Below, in pieces: positions 12,275 through 25,029 of a stretch of DNA of 64,000 nt. Where the stretch lies: assembly GCA_964016885.1 (NCBI GenBank), contig OZ024753.1, positions 13,454,001-13,518,000 of the forward strand, read 5' to 3'. The position numbers and the translations under genes were made by a program. Below the pieces are notes generated by a model. The model was not told the DNA's origin, searched no databases, and saw only the letters and a list, made by a program, of their open reading frames with translations. The DNA is from Eledone cirrhosa (taxonomy: Eukaryota). Each line of letters opens with the position of its first letter. Position 1 is the first letter of the stretch.

Positions 12275-12630
12275 ATATATTAACAAATGGAAACTATATT
12301 TATAAAACCATATTTATTTCATTATACATATTTCAAGGACACCAAGTTAAATTATGGTGTGCTTTCATCAGATAAAATATAATATAGATCAGTTTTATAA
12401 ATAAATATTGACATACCCTTAAAGAATGCAACCATTTCTGTTGGAAGCTCCCGGGAGCTTCCAACAGAAATGGTTGCATTCTTTAAGGGTATGTCAATAT
12501 TTATTTATAAAACTGATCTATATTATATTTTATCTGATGAAAGCACACCATAATTTAACTTGGTGTCCTTGAAATATGTATAATGAAATAAATATGGTTT
12601 TATAAATATAGTTTCCATTTGTTAATATAT
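12275..12630. repeat. 356-bp perfect palindrome (centre CTCCC|GGGAG at 12452/12453)
   Basis: Arms read as exact reverse complements with no spacer. Confidence 0.92.
12527..12589 (+). ncRNA. Minimal hammerhead ribozyme (mirror copy on minus strand at 12316-12378)
   Basis: AUUUUAU-CUGAUGA-AAGCACACCA...UGGUGUCCUU-GAAA-U-AUGU-A-UA-AUGAAAU. Confidence 0.78.
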
Positions 12631-12786
12631 CGTATATATATATATATATATTTCGTTTCTGAATTTGGCAACATGACCCTCCCAAAGTATAACAATATAT
12701 ATATATATATATATAAGTAAATATGGTGAGAGACTGGGGTCTACAGTGTTTGGTACTCAAATGGAAGACAATACAAGGTTTGAGAT

Positions 12787-13660
12787 ATGATTGTGGTGGA
12801 GTTGGTAGTGATAATGGTGATGGTGGTGGTGGTGCTGTTGGTAGTGATAGTGGTGGTGATGGTGATGGTGCTGTTGGTAGTGATAGTGGTGATGGTGGTG
12901 GTGGTGATGGTGATGATGATGGTGGTTGTGGTGGTAGTGGTGATGAAGGCGGTGATGATGGTGGTGTTGGTGATGATGATGGTGATAGTGGTGATGATGG
13001 TGGTGGTGATGGTGGTAGTGGTGATGATGATGATGGTGGTGGTGGTGGTGATGGTGGTGACGATGATGGTGATAGTGATGGTGGTGGTAGTGGTGGTTGT
13101 GGTGGTGGTGATGGTGGTGACGATGGTGATGGTGGTGGTAGTGGTGGTGATGATGGTAGTGGTTGTGGTGATGGTGGTGGTAGTGATGATGGTATTGATG
13201 GTGGTGGTGATGGTAGTAGTGATGATTGTGATGATGGTGGTGGTGGTGGTGATGGTGGTGATTGTAGACACCATCACCACTACCACCATCACCTCTCTCT
13301 CTCTTCCCCTCTCTCTCTATTTATCTATCTATCTCTCCCTCTCAATCTCTCTCACCCCCTCTCTTTCTATTTATCTATCTATCCCTATTAATCTCTCTCT
13401 ATCCGCCTGCCCCCCTCTCTCCCCCTCCTCTCTCTTTCTCTCCCCCTCTCTCTCCCTCCCTCTCAATCTCTCTCTTCTCTCTCACCCCCGTTCTCTCCCC
13501 CTCTCAATCCCTCTATCTCCCTCTCACCCTCTCAATATCTCTCATCCTCTCTCACCCCCTCTCTTTCTATCTATCTATCTATCTCTCCCTCTTAATCTCT
13601 CTCTACCCTCTCTCTCTCTCTCCCTCCCCGTCTCCCCCGAACCCCCCTCTCTCTCCAATT
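12787..13660. repeat. (GGT/GAT) degenerate trinucleotide repeat followed by a CT-rich low-complexity tract
   Basis: Visible composition; explains the Gly/Asp, Val/Met and Thr/Ile ORFs. Confidence 0.95.
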
Positions 13661-13821
13661 TTCATTAGAGAGACTAGGTGTGATGGTAATAAAAAATAAA
13701 AAACACTAAAACTAAAACTTAAGAATATTCTTCTTCATCGGAATATAAAGAAGATATTGTGAATGTGATGTTTGCAATCTTCTCAACCCAAACTGTACTG
13801 TAGTGTTGAACAACTGTCAAC

Positions 13822-14100
13822 CATCATCATCATCATCATTCTTCGACTACTGTCGAAATGATGGATCTCACTCTCATGCCCCAGAATTCCCTGTCCCCCA
13901 TCGCTTCCCCCAGGCCCTGTCTACTGATTCCCGTATCCCTAGAGATCATTATGATCAGAAACAGGACCCGGGAAAGCAGGGGCTGGACCTATGTCAACAG
14001 GTATCCCATATAGTGTGGCTCCCTGAGGAACAGGAACCCTGGTGCAGTCAGTTGCGAAATCCATCACCTTTTCAAATAGCTAATAATGTGTGTGGGCGCC
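13822..14100 (-). mobile_element. Degenerate LINE (RTE-like) 3' end of a different family
   Basis: (CAT)n tail; minus strand encodes ISRDTGI...DREFW...STVVEE-stop, resembling RTE C-termini. Confidence 0.55.
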
Positions 14101-14209
14101 ACTACTACACACATGTGAAAGAATTTGACAGCGAAGTCTTGAAGAAGGTGCTTTCTCCTCCATAAACATATAACAAGTCAGAGATAACCTCCTTCTATGG
14201 AGTGATATA

Positions 14210-15123
14210 TGAGGGTTGTCTGAACAGTTGATAGGCTGAGCAAGATACTCTCATGGAATGACCACATGAGGTTTATCTTTCAACATAGTCCCTGGAAAGA
14301 AACAATGCAGTTATTAATAAGAAGAGTTGAAATTAATGCTTGCAAAATTTCACAGCTCTAGCATCGCTCCTTCATAGTCTGACCAAGATACTCTCATGGA
14401 ATGACCACATGAGGTTTATCTTTCAACATAGTCCCTGGAAAGAAACAATGCAGTTATTAATAAGAAGAGTTGAAATTAATGCTTGCAAAATTTCACAGCT
14501 CTAGCATCGCTCCTTCATAGTCTGACCAAGATACTCTCATGGAATGACCACATGAGGTTTATCTTTCAACATAGTCCCTGGAAAGAAACAATGCAGTTAT
14601 TTATAAGAAGAGTTGAAATTAATGCTTGCAAAATTTCACAGCTCTAGCATCAATCCTTCATAGTCTGACCAAGATACTCTCATGGAATGACCAAATGAGG
14701 TTTATCTTTCAACATAGTCCCTGGAAAGAAACAATGCAGTTATTAATAAGAAGATTTGAAATTAATGCTTGCAAAATTTCATAGCTCTAGCATCGCTCCT
14801 TCATAGTCTGACCAAGATACTCTCATGGAATGACCAAATGAGGTTTATCTTTCAACATAGTCCCTGGAAAGAAACAATAAAGTTATTGATAAGAAGAGTT
14901 GAAATTAATGCTTGCAAAATTTCACAGCTCTAGCATCGCTCCTTCATAGTCTGACCAAGATACTCTCATGGAATTACCAAATGAGGTTTATCTTTCAACA
15001 TAGTCCCTGGAAAGAAACAATGAAGTTATTGATAAGAAGAGTTGAAATTAATGCTTGCAAGATTTCATAGCTCTAGCATCACTCCTTTCATAGTCAGCCT
15101 ATGAACATTTCAGTCGACCCTTG
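14210..15123. mobile_element. Tc1/mariner-type MITE with six internal 143-bp tandem repeats
   Basis: TA|TGAGGGTTGTCTGAACAGTTGATAGGCTGA ... TCAGCCTATGAACATTTCAGTCGACCCTTG|TA imperfect TIRs; units start at 14236, 14379, 14522, 14665, 14808, 14951. Confidence 0.8.
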
Positions 15124-15592
15124 TACTCTACAATATGCTAGCTTAACCCTTTTGATATCAAACTGTTGAAACTATCCCTGCATCTACAATATAAAGCTGT
15201 TTATTTTTAAATGTTTTTATTTAAACCTTTATTAAGTTATGTCTCAAAAACCAGTTTAATATAGAGAAGGTTAGTTGTTTTACTAAATCCCTCATTATTA
15301 AGCTGATGTTTGGAACATAACTTAATAAAGTTTCTTCCATAAAATTGTGACAGATGGATTTTAGATAATGAAAGACACTGCCTAAGAATTTGTTATTAAG
15401 TTGGTTTTTGGAACATAACTTAACAAGGGTTATTACATAATGTGCATTCTACATAGAAGTGAATCCTCAACATAGTTCTCAGGGAGATTCAGCATAACAT
15501 GCTGTGTGACAAGACTGTCCTTTTAATTACAGGTACAATTTTTTTTTTTTTTTACCAGGTGAGTAGACTGAAGTGGTTAAATAACGGGTCTT

Positions 15593-16270
15593 ATGCAGGG
15601 ACAAATCAACATCTCCGAAACAAAATGTATGACACCCGATAAAAACAATGCCAATCTCCAACTCACAATCTACAACCAGCAAATTGCTCAAGTTACAGAG
15701 TTTGTATATCTCGGTCACAAACTATCATCAAACCACAATGGAATGGTTGCTGCCCAGTATCGCATCGCTCTAGGTTGGGCAGCTTTCAACAGGAACAAGG
15801 AAGTACTAACATCAAAACGAGTTTCTTATCATTTGAAGGCTAAGATCTTTGATACTTACATCGTACCAGTTGTGTTATATGGTCTTGACTGTGTTAATTG
15901 GACGACAAGGTCACTTTAGAAGCTCTCTACATTCCAGAACCACATCATGAGACTTATGACTGGCAAGTGGCTCAGCGATCGTATCTGCATCAGCGAGCTG
16001 CTCAACAATACCAGACTTAGATCAATTGTCAAGTCAAAAGTACTCAAACTATACGGCCATATAAAAAGATCAACTCGTGGTGTGCGTAGGTTATGCCTGG
16101 AAGAAAGGTTGGCTGGTAAGAGAAGCAGAGGTCAGTAGCCAGAACGATGGCTTGACAATGTCAACTTATGGACTGGACTTGATCTTTGAACTCTGCTGTT
16201 GGTGATTGAACTTTGTGGAAAGAGATATCACATGTTGATGCGCAGTCTGCAACTGGTGGAGTTTAGTGTC
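15593..16270 (+). mobile_element. Degenerate RTE-like LINE C-terminal fragment
   Basis: VTEFVYLG, RIALGWAAF, VVLYGLDC, KLYGHIKR, GKRSRG motifs with in-frame stops. Confidence 0.75.
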
Positions 16271-16317
16271 ACAAGAAGACAGGGACACAATACTTAACTG
16301 GAAATCAAACTTACAAG

Positions 16318-16596
16318 CAGTGGTGCATTATTAGGGGTGCGTGGGGGTGCAGCTGCACACCACCCAATAAATTGTCAGAAAAGTTAGTCATTTTTATGAA
16401 AAAATCAGTCATTTTCGTTGAAAAGTTAGTCCTTTTTGTCAAAAAGTTAGTCATTTTTATCTAAAATTAGTCATTTTTGTCAAAAAATTAGACATTTTTG
16501 TTGAAAAGTGAGTCGGTTTTTTTTCAAAAAATTAGATATTTTTATTAGAAAATTATGAATACCTGCACCTCCAAAAATTATAAGAGTAATACCCTT
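16318..16596. mobile_element. Probable MITE with internal ~22-bp repeats (AAAAGTTAGTCATTTTT...)
   Basis: CAGTGG start, GC-rich subterminal motif, ~7 internal tandem units. Confidence 0.4.
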
Positions 16597-17319
16597 ATGC
16601 TTACAATCTTATTATTTGTAACTAATCTTACCTTCACAAGAAGAAGAAAAGACAAACTGAGAAAGTGTGAAAGAAAAGAAGAAGCAACTAGGAATTAATG
16701 TTTCAAGGCTGCAAAGAAAAGCTTCATAAGAGGTTTATCAACCTTGGAAGCAAGTGAAGAAAATACTAGAGACATTCAAATGTCATATGATGTGAGAAGT
16801 AGTAGTGGGGTGACAGTTTTAATAACTGAGAAATGTGTCAGCTGGTGTGTATAGGGAAAGTCTGATACAGAGAAAAGAAAGAAAGAATTATAACTGAATT
16901 CTTATTGCTAGAAAGATTATTACTCAAGGATTTTTAATGTCGCTCAAAAAAAAAGAAATGCAATTCTACATAGCTATCTGTCTGTCTGTCAGTCTATCTA
17001 TCTTTCTATCTTATTTATTTGTCTTTCTATCTAGATCTAGTTCTCTCTCTATCTGCTTGCATGCTTCTCTGCATGTCTACCTACCTATCTATCTGTCTGT
17101 CTATCTACCTATCTCTCTCTCTATCTATCTGTCTGCCTGTAAACTTCCCCCTTTGTATTTGTCCCCTTCTTTTGTGCCCCTGTGGCTAATAAAGAAACAT
17201 ATCTATCTATTTATCTATCTCTCTATCTATCTGTCTGCCTGTCTATCTATTTATCTATCTCTCTATCTCTATCTCTATCTGTCTGTCTGTATGTATGTAT
17301 GTCTATCTAGGCATAGTAA

Positions 17320-18345
17320 CGCTGATCAGGTAAGATGAGAACGAGGGGGGTGAGATAAGCAATTTCAGGCCCATAAATCTGCTCAACACAGAGTTAAAGG
17401 TTTTGGCCAAGGTGTTAGCAACGAGGCTGGCGTTTGTCGTCGAGAACCTGGTAGGGGAAGCGCAAATGTGTGCAATCCCAACCAGGTCCATACATGACAA
17501 CCTCCACCTCATGCGATACATCATAGAGAAGGTAGGGTGTAAACATGGCTTCGGTGGGGCTCTGATCAATCTAGATCAGTCTAAGGCATTTGATAGGTTT
17601 GGCCATCAATACTTGGAAGCAGTTCTCAAGGCGGCCGGCTTCGGTCCCGTCTTCAGAGGCTGGATCACTGCCATGCACACCAGCATCTGCTCGACAGTCA
17701 AGGTGAATGGCTACCTATCGGCGCCATTCCAAATCATGCGTTCCATCCGTCAGGGATGCCCTCTCACCTCCATTCTGTATGTACTGACTCTCGAGCCATT
17801 ACTGCACAAGTTGGAGCTGTTGCAGGGCATACCGATCGAACCAGGACTGCGGAAAGCAGCGTCGGCCTATGCCGATGACATAACCATAATGGTATCGAAA
17901 ACCTCGGAAATCGGGGTAATCGGCAACCTATTACAGGAATACGAAACGTTGACAGGAGCAAGACTAAATCCAAACAAATCTGACGATTTGCAACTAAGCA
18001 CATGGAGAGGCAAACCCATGCCTTCCGACAGTGGCGTTGGATGCTGGACGGAAGGACTGGTGAAATTGCTTGGGGTCTGGTTTGGTCCAGATATCCAGGG
18101 GGACAAGAACTGGAACAAGGTCACGGTGAAGGTGTTTGTACTCACCCAGAAGTAGGCTGAGTGCAATCAGCGGAGACTCCACTTCGACATTCTATAGGGG
18201 ATTAGTGGAGGATAAGTGCGACAACGTTCTGGGAGGAAATCTAGGCATCGAGGAGGACGAACTGACTAGTCTGTTCTGGAGGACTTTCCATCCAGGGCCT
18301 ATGGATAACTTCCAGAGGTCTCTGGCCTGGCAGTGTTACGCTCAA
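17320..18345 (+). mobile_element. L1/Tx1-clade LINE reverse-transcriptase fragment
   Basis: FRPINLLNTELKVLAKVLATRL, LDQSKAFDR, SIRQGCPL, AYADDI, KLLGVWFG; disrupted downstream. Confidence 0.85.
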
Positions 18346-18762
18346 AGTTGATGGAAGCATTGGAGTGGGGTGACCCAGGAAGACTTGGGATGAAGTGATA
18401 AAGCCAACCTTACCCAATTGCACCTCTGGTGTTATGCGGTAATACAGAAAACACGACTTCCCATAGGAACAAACCGAAGCTGAAGCATATTTATAGTATA
18501 CACCACCCCATCCCACCATTCCATACATCTCTCATGAGGATAGGTAGAAACACTGTAAAGTGGTCGTGATGGTGACAAGGTAAAAAAGCACCCAGTGCTC
18601 ACTGCAAATGAGGTTGGCATCAAGCTGTAGAAACCAGGCCTAAATCAGTTATGCATGAGCAAGGCATGGTCACCTGACCTAACATTGCCCACAACAAAAC
18701 AACTCGTCTAACCTATACCAGCGTGGGAAAATCGACGCAAAACGATGATGATGATGATGATG
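18345..18762 (+). mobile_element. RTE subfamily B 3' end
   Basis: RKTWDEVIK remnant and 3'UTR similar to the reverse complement of 2221-2830; (GAT)n tail. Confidence 0.8.
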
Positions 18763-19142
18763 AAGGTTGGACTGGAGATATCCTTTTAAAGTTTTATGGT
18801 TGCAAAAAAACGTTATATTTCAATGGCCTGGTTACATAAGACCCTGGTCACATAATCAGTTACATAATTAGTTAATCAATAAAAAAGATCACAAACAGAG
18901 AATATATTTGATTTGGTGAAGGTCTGTCGCAACAATAACACTGAATTTACGGGCCATCTTTGAATCAAATATATTCTCTGTTCTCAGTTTTCTGTGCGGC
19001 TATAATTCCTTTTATTGATTAATTAATTATGTAATCCCCACCTGATGATGTCTCCATGGTCTTACGTATTGAAGCCATTGAAATATATATAGTCGTTTTT
19101 GCAACAATAAAACTTTAAAAGGATATCTCCAGTCTAGCCTTC
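18762..19142. mobile_element. Diverged inverted-repeat element with hammerhead core (plus strand 19038-19095)
   Basis: 18762-18830 is inverted relative to 19072-19142; CUGAUGA...GAAA-U-AUAU-A-UA present, stem I degenerate. Confidence 0.55.
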
Positions 19143-19210
19143 TGTTATTTTAATCAAATAAATATTTAACTCTGTCCTGCACCAGCCACAGGATTCAACG
19201 GTAGATGAGT

Positions 19211-19629
19211 TGTGTGGTTAGAAAAAGCTACCTCACTTACCACTTTTCACAGGCGCCGCTAGATCCCATGGCTGGTTTCTCCTCTTCCACGTGCGTACAA
19301 TCCAACTCGTTAAAACCGGGAGCTGCAAAACTGACGTCCACCACGTTCCTGATCACCGCTAGAGAGAGGCCGACCGCCTGGCCCTTCCGGTCGAGCACCC
19401 TTCCGGCCAAGCACCCTTCCGGTCAAGCACTCTTCCGGTCGAGCACTCCCCAGCTTCCGGCCACCGCACACCACACCATACCCACAAGTTGCATAATGTA
19501 GATTGCCTTTCTTACTATTACATCGTGGTTAACTAAATGGAATAACCATTTCTATCCCTTGGTGAACCACACAACATAAATAAATATATATAATCCTTAT
19601 CGAGCCCTCTTCGGATTTTAGTCTTCACA
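19211..19629. mobile_element. Possible solo LTR
   Basis: TGTG...CACA ends, CpG-rich, short internal repeats (AGCACCCTTCCGG); no clear TSD. Confidence 0.3.
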
Positions 19630-19652
19630 TATATATATATATATATATATAT

Positions 19653-19896
19653 ATCATCATCATCATCATCGTTTAACGTCCATTTTCCACACTAGCATGG
19701 GTCTGGACGGGAATTTTCCCACTTGAGGCAAGATTGGTTGTCTTGCTCAGGACTGTCTGGCGGGTTTTCTACGGCTGGATGCCCTTCCTAACACCAACCA
19801 CGTTTACAGTGTGGACTGGGAGGTTTTACTGTGTTACCTACATGGCCACATTACAGCATGGACTGTGTGTTTTTTTGTCGTGACACCTACACGACC
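19653..19896 (-). mobile_element. RTE-A 3'UTR fragment
   Basis: (CAT)n tail plus the shared 3'UTR. Confidence 0.8.
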
Positions 19897-19962
19897 ATAT
19901 ATATATATGAATTTGTTTTGCAAGGTTTTTGATATGAAATCGTGTGTCGAAACAAATATTGT

Positions 19963-20641
19963 TATACTTGGGGAGGGTCATATTGTTGTAATAATATTGC
20001 CAGAAATAATAACAGAACACACTCACTGTTTGGTTGGTTTTCGCTTCTGTATCTTTTATATCTCCATAGTTAATTCATTTGGCAATCAATGTTTATCATT
20101 GATTGACCAACAGTTAAAAATACAGATATAAAATATATATATATATAGTCTATCAAAGTTCTTTCGTTGCACATCTGCAACATCATCAGTGATACTATTA
20201 TGTTTCCCCCTATTGTATTGTATTGTATGTCTACGCCATTTTTATTTTTATTTTTATTTATTTATTTATTTATTTATTTCTTCTTGTCTCCGTCTCTGTG
20301 CATGCGTTTGTGTGTGTGTATAATGTTTGGTGTGTGTGTTTGCATTTGAGTGTACGTGTTTTTGTTTTTGTATTCTATCTTTGTTTACTAGTGTGTGTTT
20401 ATATGTGTTTGTTGTTATTGTACTTGTGTATATATTTATTTATTTATATTTCCCTTAAGTAAGTATTGTTTGTTTGGGTATGGTTGTTGTTGTTATTCCA
20501 TTCATTTTTTCTGTTTATTGACAAATGAATTAACTATGGAGATATAAAAGATAGAGAAGCGAAAACCAACCAAACAGTGAGTGTGTTCTGTTTTTATTTC
20601 TGGCAATACTATTACAACAATATGACCCTCCCCAAGTATAA
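19963..20641. mobile_element. Inverted-repeat element (~120-bp arms) enclosing a hammerhead at 20151-20194 (-)
   Basis: 19963-20086 is the reverse complement of 20518-20641; minus strand UAUCA-CUGAUGA-UGUUGCA-GAUG-UGCAAC-GAAA-GAAC-UU-UGAUA (stem III loop shortened). Confidence 0.6.
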
Positions 20642-21104
20642 TATATATATAAATATGTATATATTATAAAGTGAAATGACAGGAGACCAAATATGTTGAA
20701 TTTCCTTAATTCTTTATTCCTGCAAACACTATGCACATTTCAGTGGCCAGGTTACATAAGAACCCGGTGACCTCATCAGGTGTAAATTGCATAATAGATG
20801 TATACCAATGGAATGATGGTAAACTTTAAGGAAACAAGCAAAGAAAAGACAGAGAGGGAAAAGTGTGTGTGTATGTTCTTTGACCCAGAGACGGACGTAG
20901 TAGCATGCTGCCACCTTGCTGCCCCATTCCTCTATAATACATTTACTCTGTTCCCGCACCACCAACATGATTCAACATCAGGGATGGATGAGTTGCATAA
21001 TGTTGAGTGCTTTCTCTCATATTACATCATCATTAACATTGCAGAATGACCAATTCTACCCAGTGACAAACCACCAAATTTAAACGTATATATATATATA
21101 TATA

Positions 21105-21958
21105 ACCCTGATTCCATCAGGGAAATGGCCATGTTCGATATGCAGAAAAGGAACTGGCATAAATTCTATAAAATGCACACAATGCAGGTCCTGGGTACAC
21201 AAGAGATGTAGCAGGATAGCAGGCAAACTAACAGGTAGGGAGAAATATGTATGCAGTAGATGTACAGGGAAATTAGACAGTAGAAGTCGCACTGATAGAC
21301 ACATTTTTCAAATGCGAGAGGGCGCTATAGAAGTGGTGGATAGCTTCCGGTACCTAGGAGATCAGATTAGCATGGGAGGAGGGTGTTCCGAGGCCATAGT
21401 ATCTAGAATAAGGATGGGTTGGAAGAAGTTTAGGGAGCTGCTTCCTCTGTTGACGAAGAAGGGTTTCTCCCTGCGTATGAAAGGCCGGTTGTATGATGCC
21501 TGTGTGAGGAGTGCGATGCTGCATGGTAGTGAGACATGGGCAGCAACCGCAGAAGATATGCGACGGCTGGAGAGAAATGAGGCAAGCATGCTCCGTTGGA
21601 TGTGCAGTGTAAATGTGCATGAACGACCCAGCATAAATGTGTTGAGAGAGAAACTGTGTCTGAGAGGGATAGAATGTAGTGTACGGGAGAGGAGACTGAG
21701 GTGGTATGGACATGTGATGCGCATGGAGGATGACCGATGGGTGAAGAAGTGCCAGGAAATGCCAGTTGAAGGAAGACGTGGTAGAGGTAAACCACGAAAA
21801 ACATGGGCGGAGGTGGTGAGAACAGACCTCAGATCATTGAAGCTCACGGTGGAGATGACGAGGGACCGTGACGAGTGGAGAGATGCTGTGCTGAATAAGA
21901 CCCGTCCCACCCTTGCAAGCAAGGAAAAGTGGACGTAAAATGATGATGATGATGATGA
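21105..21958 (+). mobile_element. RTE subfamily C 3' fragment with PHD finger and almost no 3'UTR
   Basis: WPCSICRKG...WVHKRCS...CSRC, VDSFRYLG, RLRWYGHVMRM; the stop is followed directly by (GAT)n. Confidence 0.9.
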
Positions 21959-22077
21959 TATATATATAATAAATGTAATCTGAGTTTTTCGAATATTAAT
22001 AACATTCGATCTCAGATTACATTTATACATTTATTGTATTCAGCCATGTAGAGCGAAATTTTCTTTTTCTTTTATAC

Positions 22078-22115
<38 letters not shown>

Positions 22116-22238
22116 TTAATGGTAGCTATGATGCTTCCATAGGCGGTATGCCAGTTGAGCACTCTATGTTCTTACAGAGCAGAGTGTGATATAATATAAA
22201 ATGAAAAATCAGTGATGCATCTGGACTCAATTTATTGT

Positions 22239-22326
22239 GTGTTACAATTGTTTCGCCGGCAGACAGCTCGAGACACGATCATTGTATGGATCTGTCTGAT
22301 TCTAGAACTGCAGGTTCGTCGGACAC
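22239..22326 (-). ncRNA. Hammerhead ribozyme, CCGACGA variant with extended stem II
   Basis: GUGU-CCGACGA-...-GAAA-C-AAUU-G-UA-ACAC; palindromic AAUU loop; GUA triplet. Confidence 0.6.
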
Positions 22327-22788
22327 TGGCAATAATTTCGGAACAAATTTTATATATATATATATATATATCCATGTCCTGTTTGAGATTAGAAAATCTG
22401 CATATTTACTTCTAAGATCAATCTTGTAGATGTCACACACATGCATTTAGGTATACATATGTGTGTGTCAGTCTGTGCATTTATGTGTCTGTCAGTCTGT
22501 GTGTAGTGTGTGCGTGTGTGTGTGGTGAGTGGGGGAAAAACTTGACTCATTTCAGACTATCCTTGCAATTTCAAGATCAAACTTCTCTTTAGAGGAGTGT
22601 TCATTTCATGGAAAGCAAACAAGGGAGGTAACTGCTATAGCTGATCCAAGCATTTTGTAACAATTTAAGATAATGCAGTGGGAGTCAGTAGATCTTATCT
22701 GTAAGCTAACTTGATGAAAACAATGTACCAATCTTATGAAACCTCCTCAGCAAAGCATATTTACTTTACAAATTAGCATGATTTAGAT

Positions 22789-23100
22789 CAGCGTTTCTCA
22801 ACCTTTATGGAACCCTCGAAGTAGTTTTCATGTCTCAGGGAACCCTACATAAAAATTATTATATACCTTTATTACGGTTAACGACCTAGTTTTAAATAAT
22901 ATAAGAGGTTGAAGCCTTTATTATAATAACAAAGGATTTTCCAACAATATTCCATATGTGTCTAGTGAAATTACAAATATAAAATTAAACAAAAATTACT
23001 AAAAAATGCATTAGATTGTTTATTACTGTTTCTCACAGAACTTCTAGTGACTTCTTGTAGAACCCTAGGGTTTTGGGGGAACACTGGTTGAGAAACCTTG
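22789..23100. mobile_element. hAT-type MITE
   Basis: TIRs CAGCGTTTCTCAACC / GGTTGAGAAACCTTG; subterminal GAACCCT motifs; degenerate 8-bp flanks ATTTAGAT/ATTAAGGT. Confidence 0.7.
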
Positions 23101-23119
23101 ATTAAGGTAGTCAGATACA

Positions 23120-23275
23120 TTGAAGTTCCGACATCTGGCAACTGACTTGGTAAACACCCACAAAATTATCAGTCATTTTGCCAACAACAACCCTGAGCAT
23201 CTTTTTGAATTCCATATGTCTAACACCCATGGACATGCTTACAAAGTCAGAAAACAGCACATCTCCCATGACTGC
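23120..23275 (+). mobile_element. CR1/L2-type LINE 3' remnant
   Basis: Encodes TDLVNTHKII...THGHAYKVRKQH, resembling the TRGH motif of CR1-group ORF2 ends. Confidence 0.45.
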
Positions 23276-23709
23276 TCGGTGAATTGGCAGAGTTGTTAGA
23301 ACATTGGATAGAATGCTTTATGGCATACGTTATGGCTCTCTGCTCCCTGAGTTCAAATCCCGCCAAGGTCAACTTTGCCTTCCATCGAGGTTGATAAAAA
23401 AGTACCAGTCAAGTACTGGAGTTGATTCTTCCTCTATAGCTCTTTCTCACACCCTCTCTCTCTCACTTTCTCTACCCTTCTCTGGAAGAAATCTGTTGTA
23501 TTAAGATTTGGAGAGGAGATGGGCTCTGCCAGGTTTTTAAATGCTCTAGAAATGCTGTGAGTCCATACGGCACCCCAACGATTCCCTCAGGAGTTAAGGG
23601 ATCATGCAGGCATGCAGTTAATTTACATAGAGGCTTGTTTTTTTGTGGGATATTTTTACATTACTTTTTATATGACTGTATTTAAGTGTGTTTTTTACTG
23701 CATATGTCA

Positions 23710-24550
23710 GCATCTGGGGTAACGAGGTTTTTACTGCATGCATCAGGATCTGGGGGTAACGAGGATTTTACTGCATACATCAGGATCTGGGGTAACAAGG
23801 GTTTTACTGCGTAAATCAGGATCTGGGGTTATGAGGTTTTTACTGCATACATCAGTATTTGGGGTCCATCTATCAATCCATCCATATCCAGTTTTGGTCT
23901 TTAGGGTGCTGCTGTTGTCCCGGACTCCAAGGTAGGCAACACCAGGCCATGTCTCACAGCCGCTCTCCATGAATTTCTGTCCATAGTATCGACATCATCC
24001 AAGTTCCATTTATACAAATCACTCATCACGCACTCCAACCACGTCTTCCTTGGTCTGCTGTGATCTCTAGTGCCAGGGATTGCCAAGTGAGTGATGGAGT
24101 TGATGCATGACGTGGCTCGCTGTACATGTCCGTACCAACAGAGACGTTGTGTGCAAAAGACAGCAGTGATCTCATCCACACCCAGCTTCTGGTGGAGCAT
24201 GGTCGAAGGGGTCTCTTCCTTCAATTTGGTGCCACAGATCCACCTAATCATGGCACGATCATTTCGCCTGAGCCGTTGCAGATCTGAGGCAATCAGAGCC
24301 CATGTCTCGCTGCCATGAAGCACGGCGGAGCAAACGCAAGCAGAAAACACTTTACCACGAACCTTGAGAGAGATGTGCCTTGAAGTAAGGATGGGCAACA
24401 GCTTTCTGAATTTGCCCCATGCAACGCAGCAGCGAGAAGCAACAGCACGTTCACAGCCACCTCCAGCACAGATCATGTCACCCAGGTAGCAGAAGGGGTA
24501 ACAAGGTTTTTACTGCGTACATCAGGATCTGGGGGTAACGAGGTTTTTAA
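23710..24550. repeat. ~37-bp minisatellite (CATCAGGATCTGGGGTAACGAGGTTTTTACTGC) split by an RTE insertion
   Basis: ~4.5 units at 23710-23870 and ~1.5 units resuming at 24496-24550. Confidence 0.8.
23875..24495 (-). mobile_element. RTE subfamily D 3' fragment
   Basis: FCYLGDMI, AWGKFRKLLP, LHGSETW, RLCWYGHVQR, RPRKTW. Confidence 0.85.
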
Positions 24551-24733
24551 ATCAAAGAAGTGATCATCCAATTTAAAACAAATCAAAATTAAGAGAGAGA
24601 GAGAAATAAAATAAAATTAGAAAGTTACTTTTAATGTGGTGTAAGCTGATAAAACTATTAAACTGATCATGTGTGTTTTATGTATTTTTTTATTTATTTA
24701 TTTAAATAAAGTCGATGTACGTAGGCGTGATTG

Positions 24734-24773
<40 letters not shown>

Positions 24774-24850
24774 ACGAAGGAGTTGTGGTAAGGAACCAGA
24801 TGGACCATAACGCACCAGAGTACTCAATACTTAGGGTAGTAGAGTGGGTA

Positions 24851-24970
24851 ATAGGAAAATGTATGACGCCGACGGCAGAGCTCAAGCCGTTTCGACGGCT
24901 ATTTCTGGACGGCTAGTCCAGAAATAGCCGTCGAAACGGCTTGTGCTCTGCCGTCGGGGTCATACATTTT

Positions 24971-24975
<5 letters not shown>
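24851..24975. repeat. ~125-bp near-perfect CpG-rich palindrome next to (TA)n
   Basis: ATAGGAAAATGTATGAC...GTCATACATTTTCCTAT; contains CGAAAC but no CUGANGA. Confidence 0.85.
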
Positions 24976-25027
<52 letters not shown>

Positions 25028-25029
25028 TT

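Noticed and set aside
12723-13668. Gly/Asp-, Val/Met- and Thr/Ile-rich ORFs
   Set aside because: Translations of a GGT/GAT microsatellite and a CT tract
14236-15094. CRISPR-like regular array
   Set aside because: Whole 143-bp units are repeated with no variable spacers
1926-22627. Possible plus-strand exon chain (1926-1991 MASTGLELF..., ~7649-7692, 20744-20818, 22556-22627)
   Set aside because: AG/GT-bounded open segments exist but give no recognisable protein, the phases are not securely consistent, and the 20.8-kb segment has a stronger acceptor on the minus strand; needs RNA-seq
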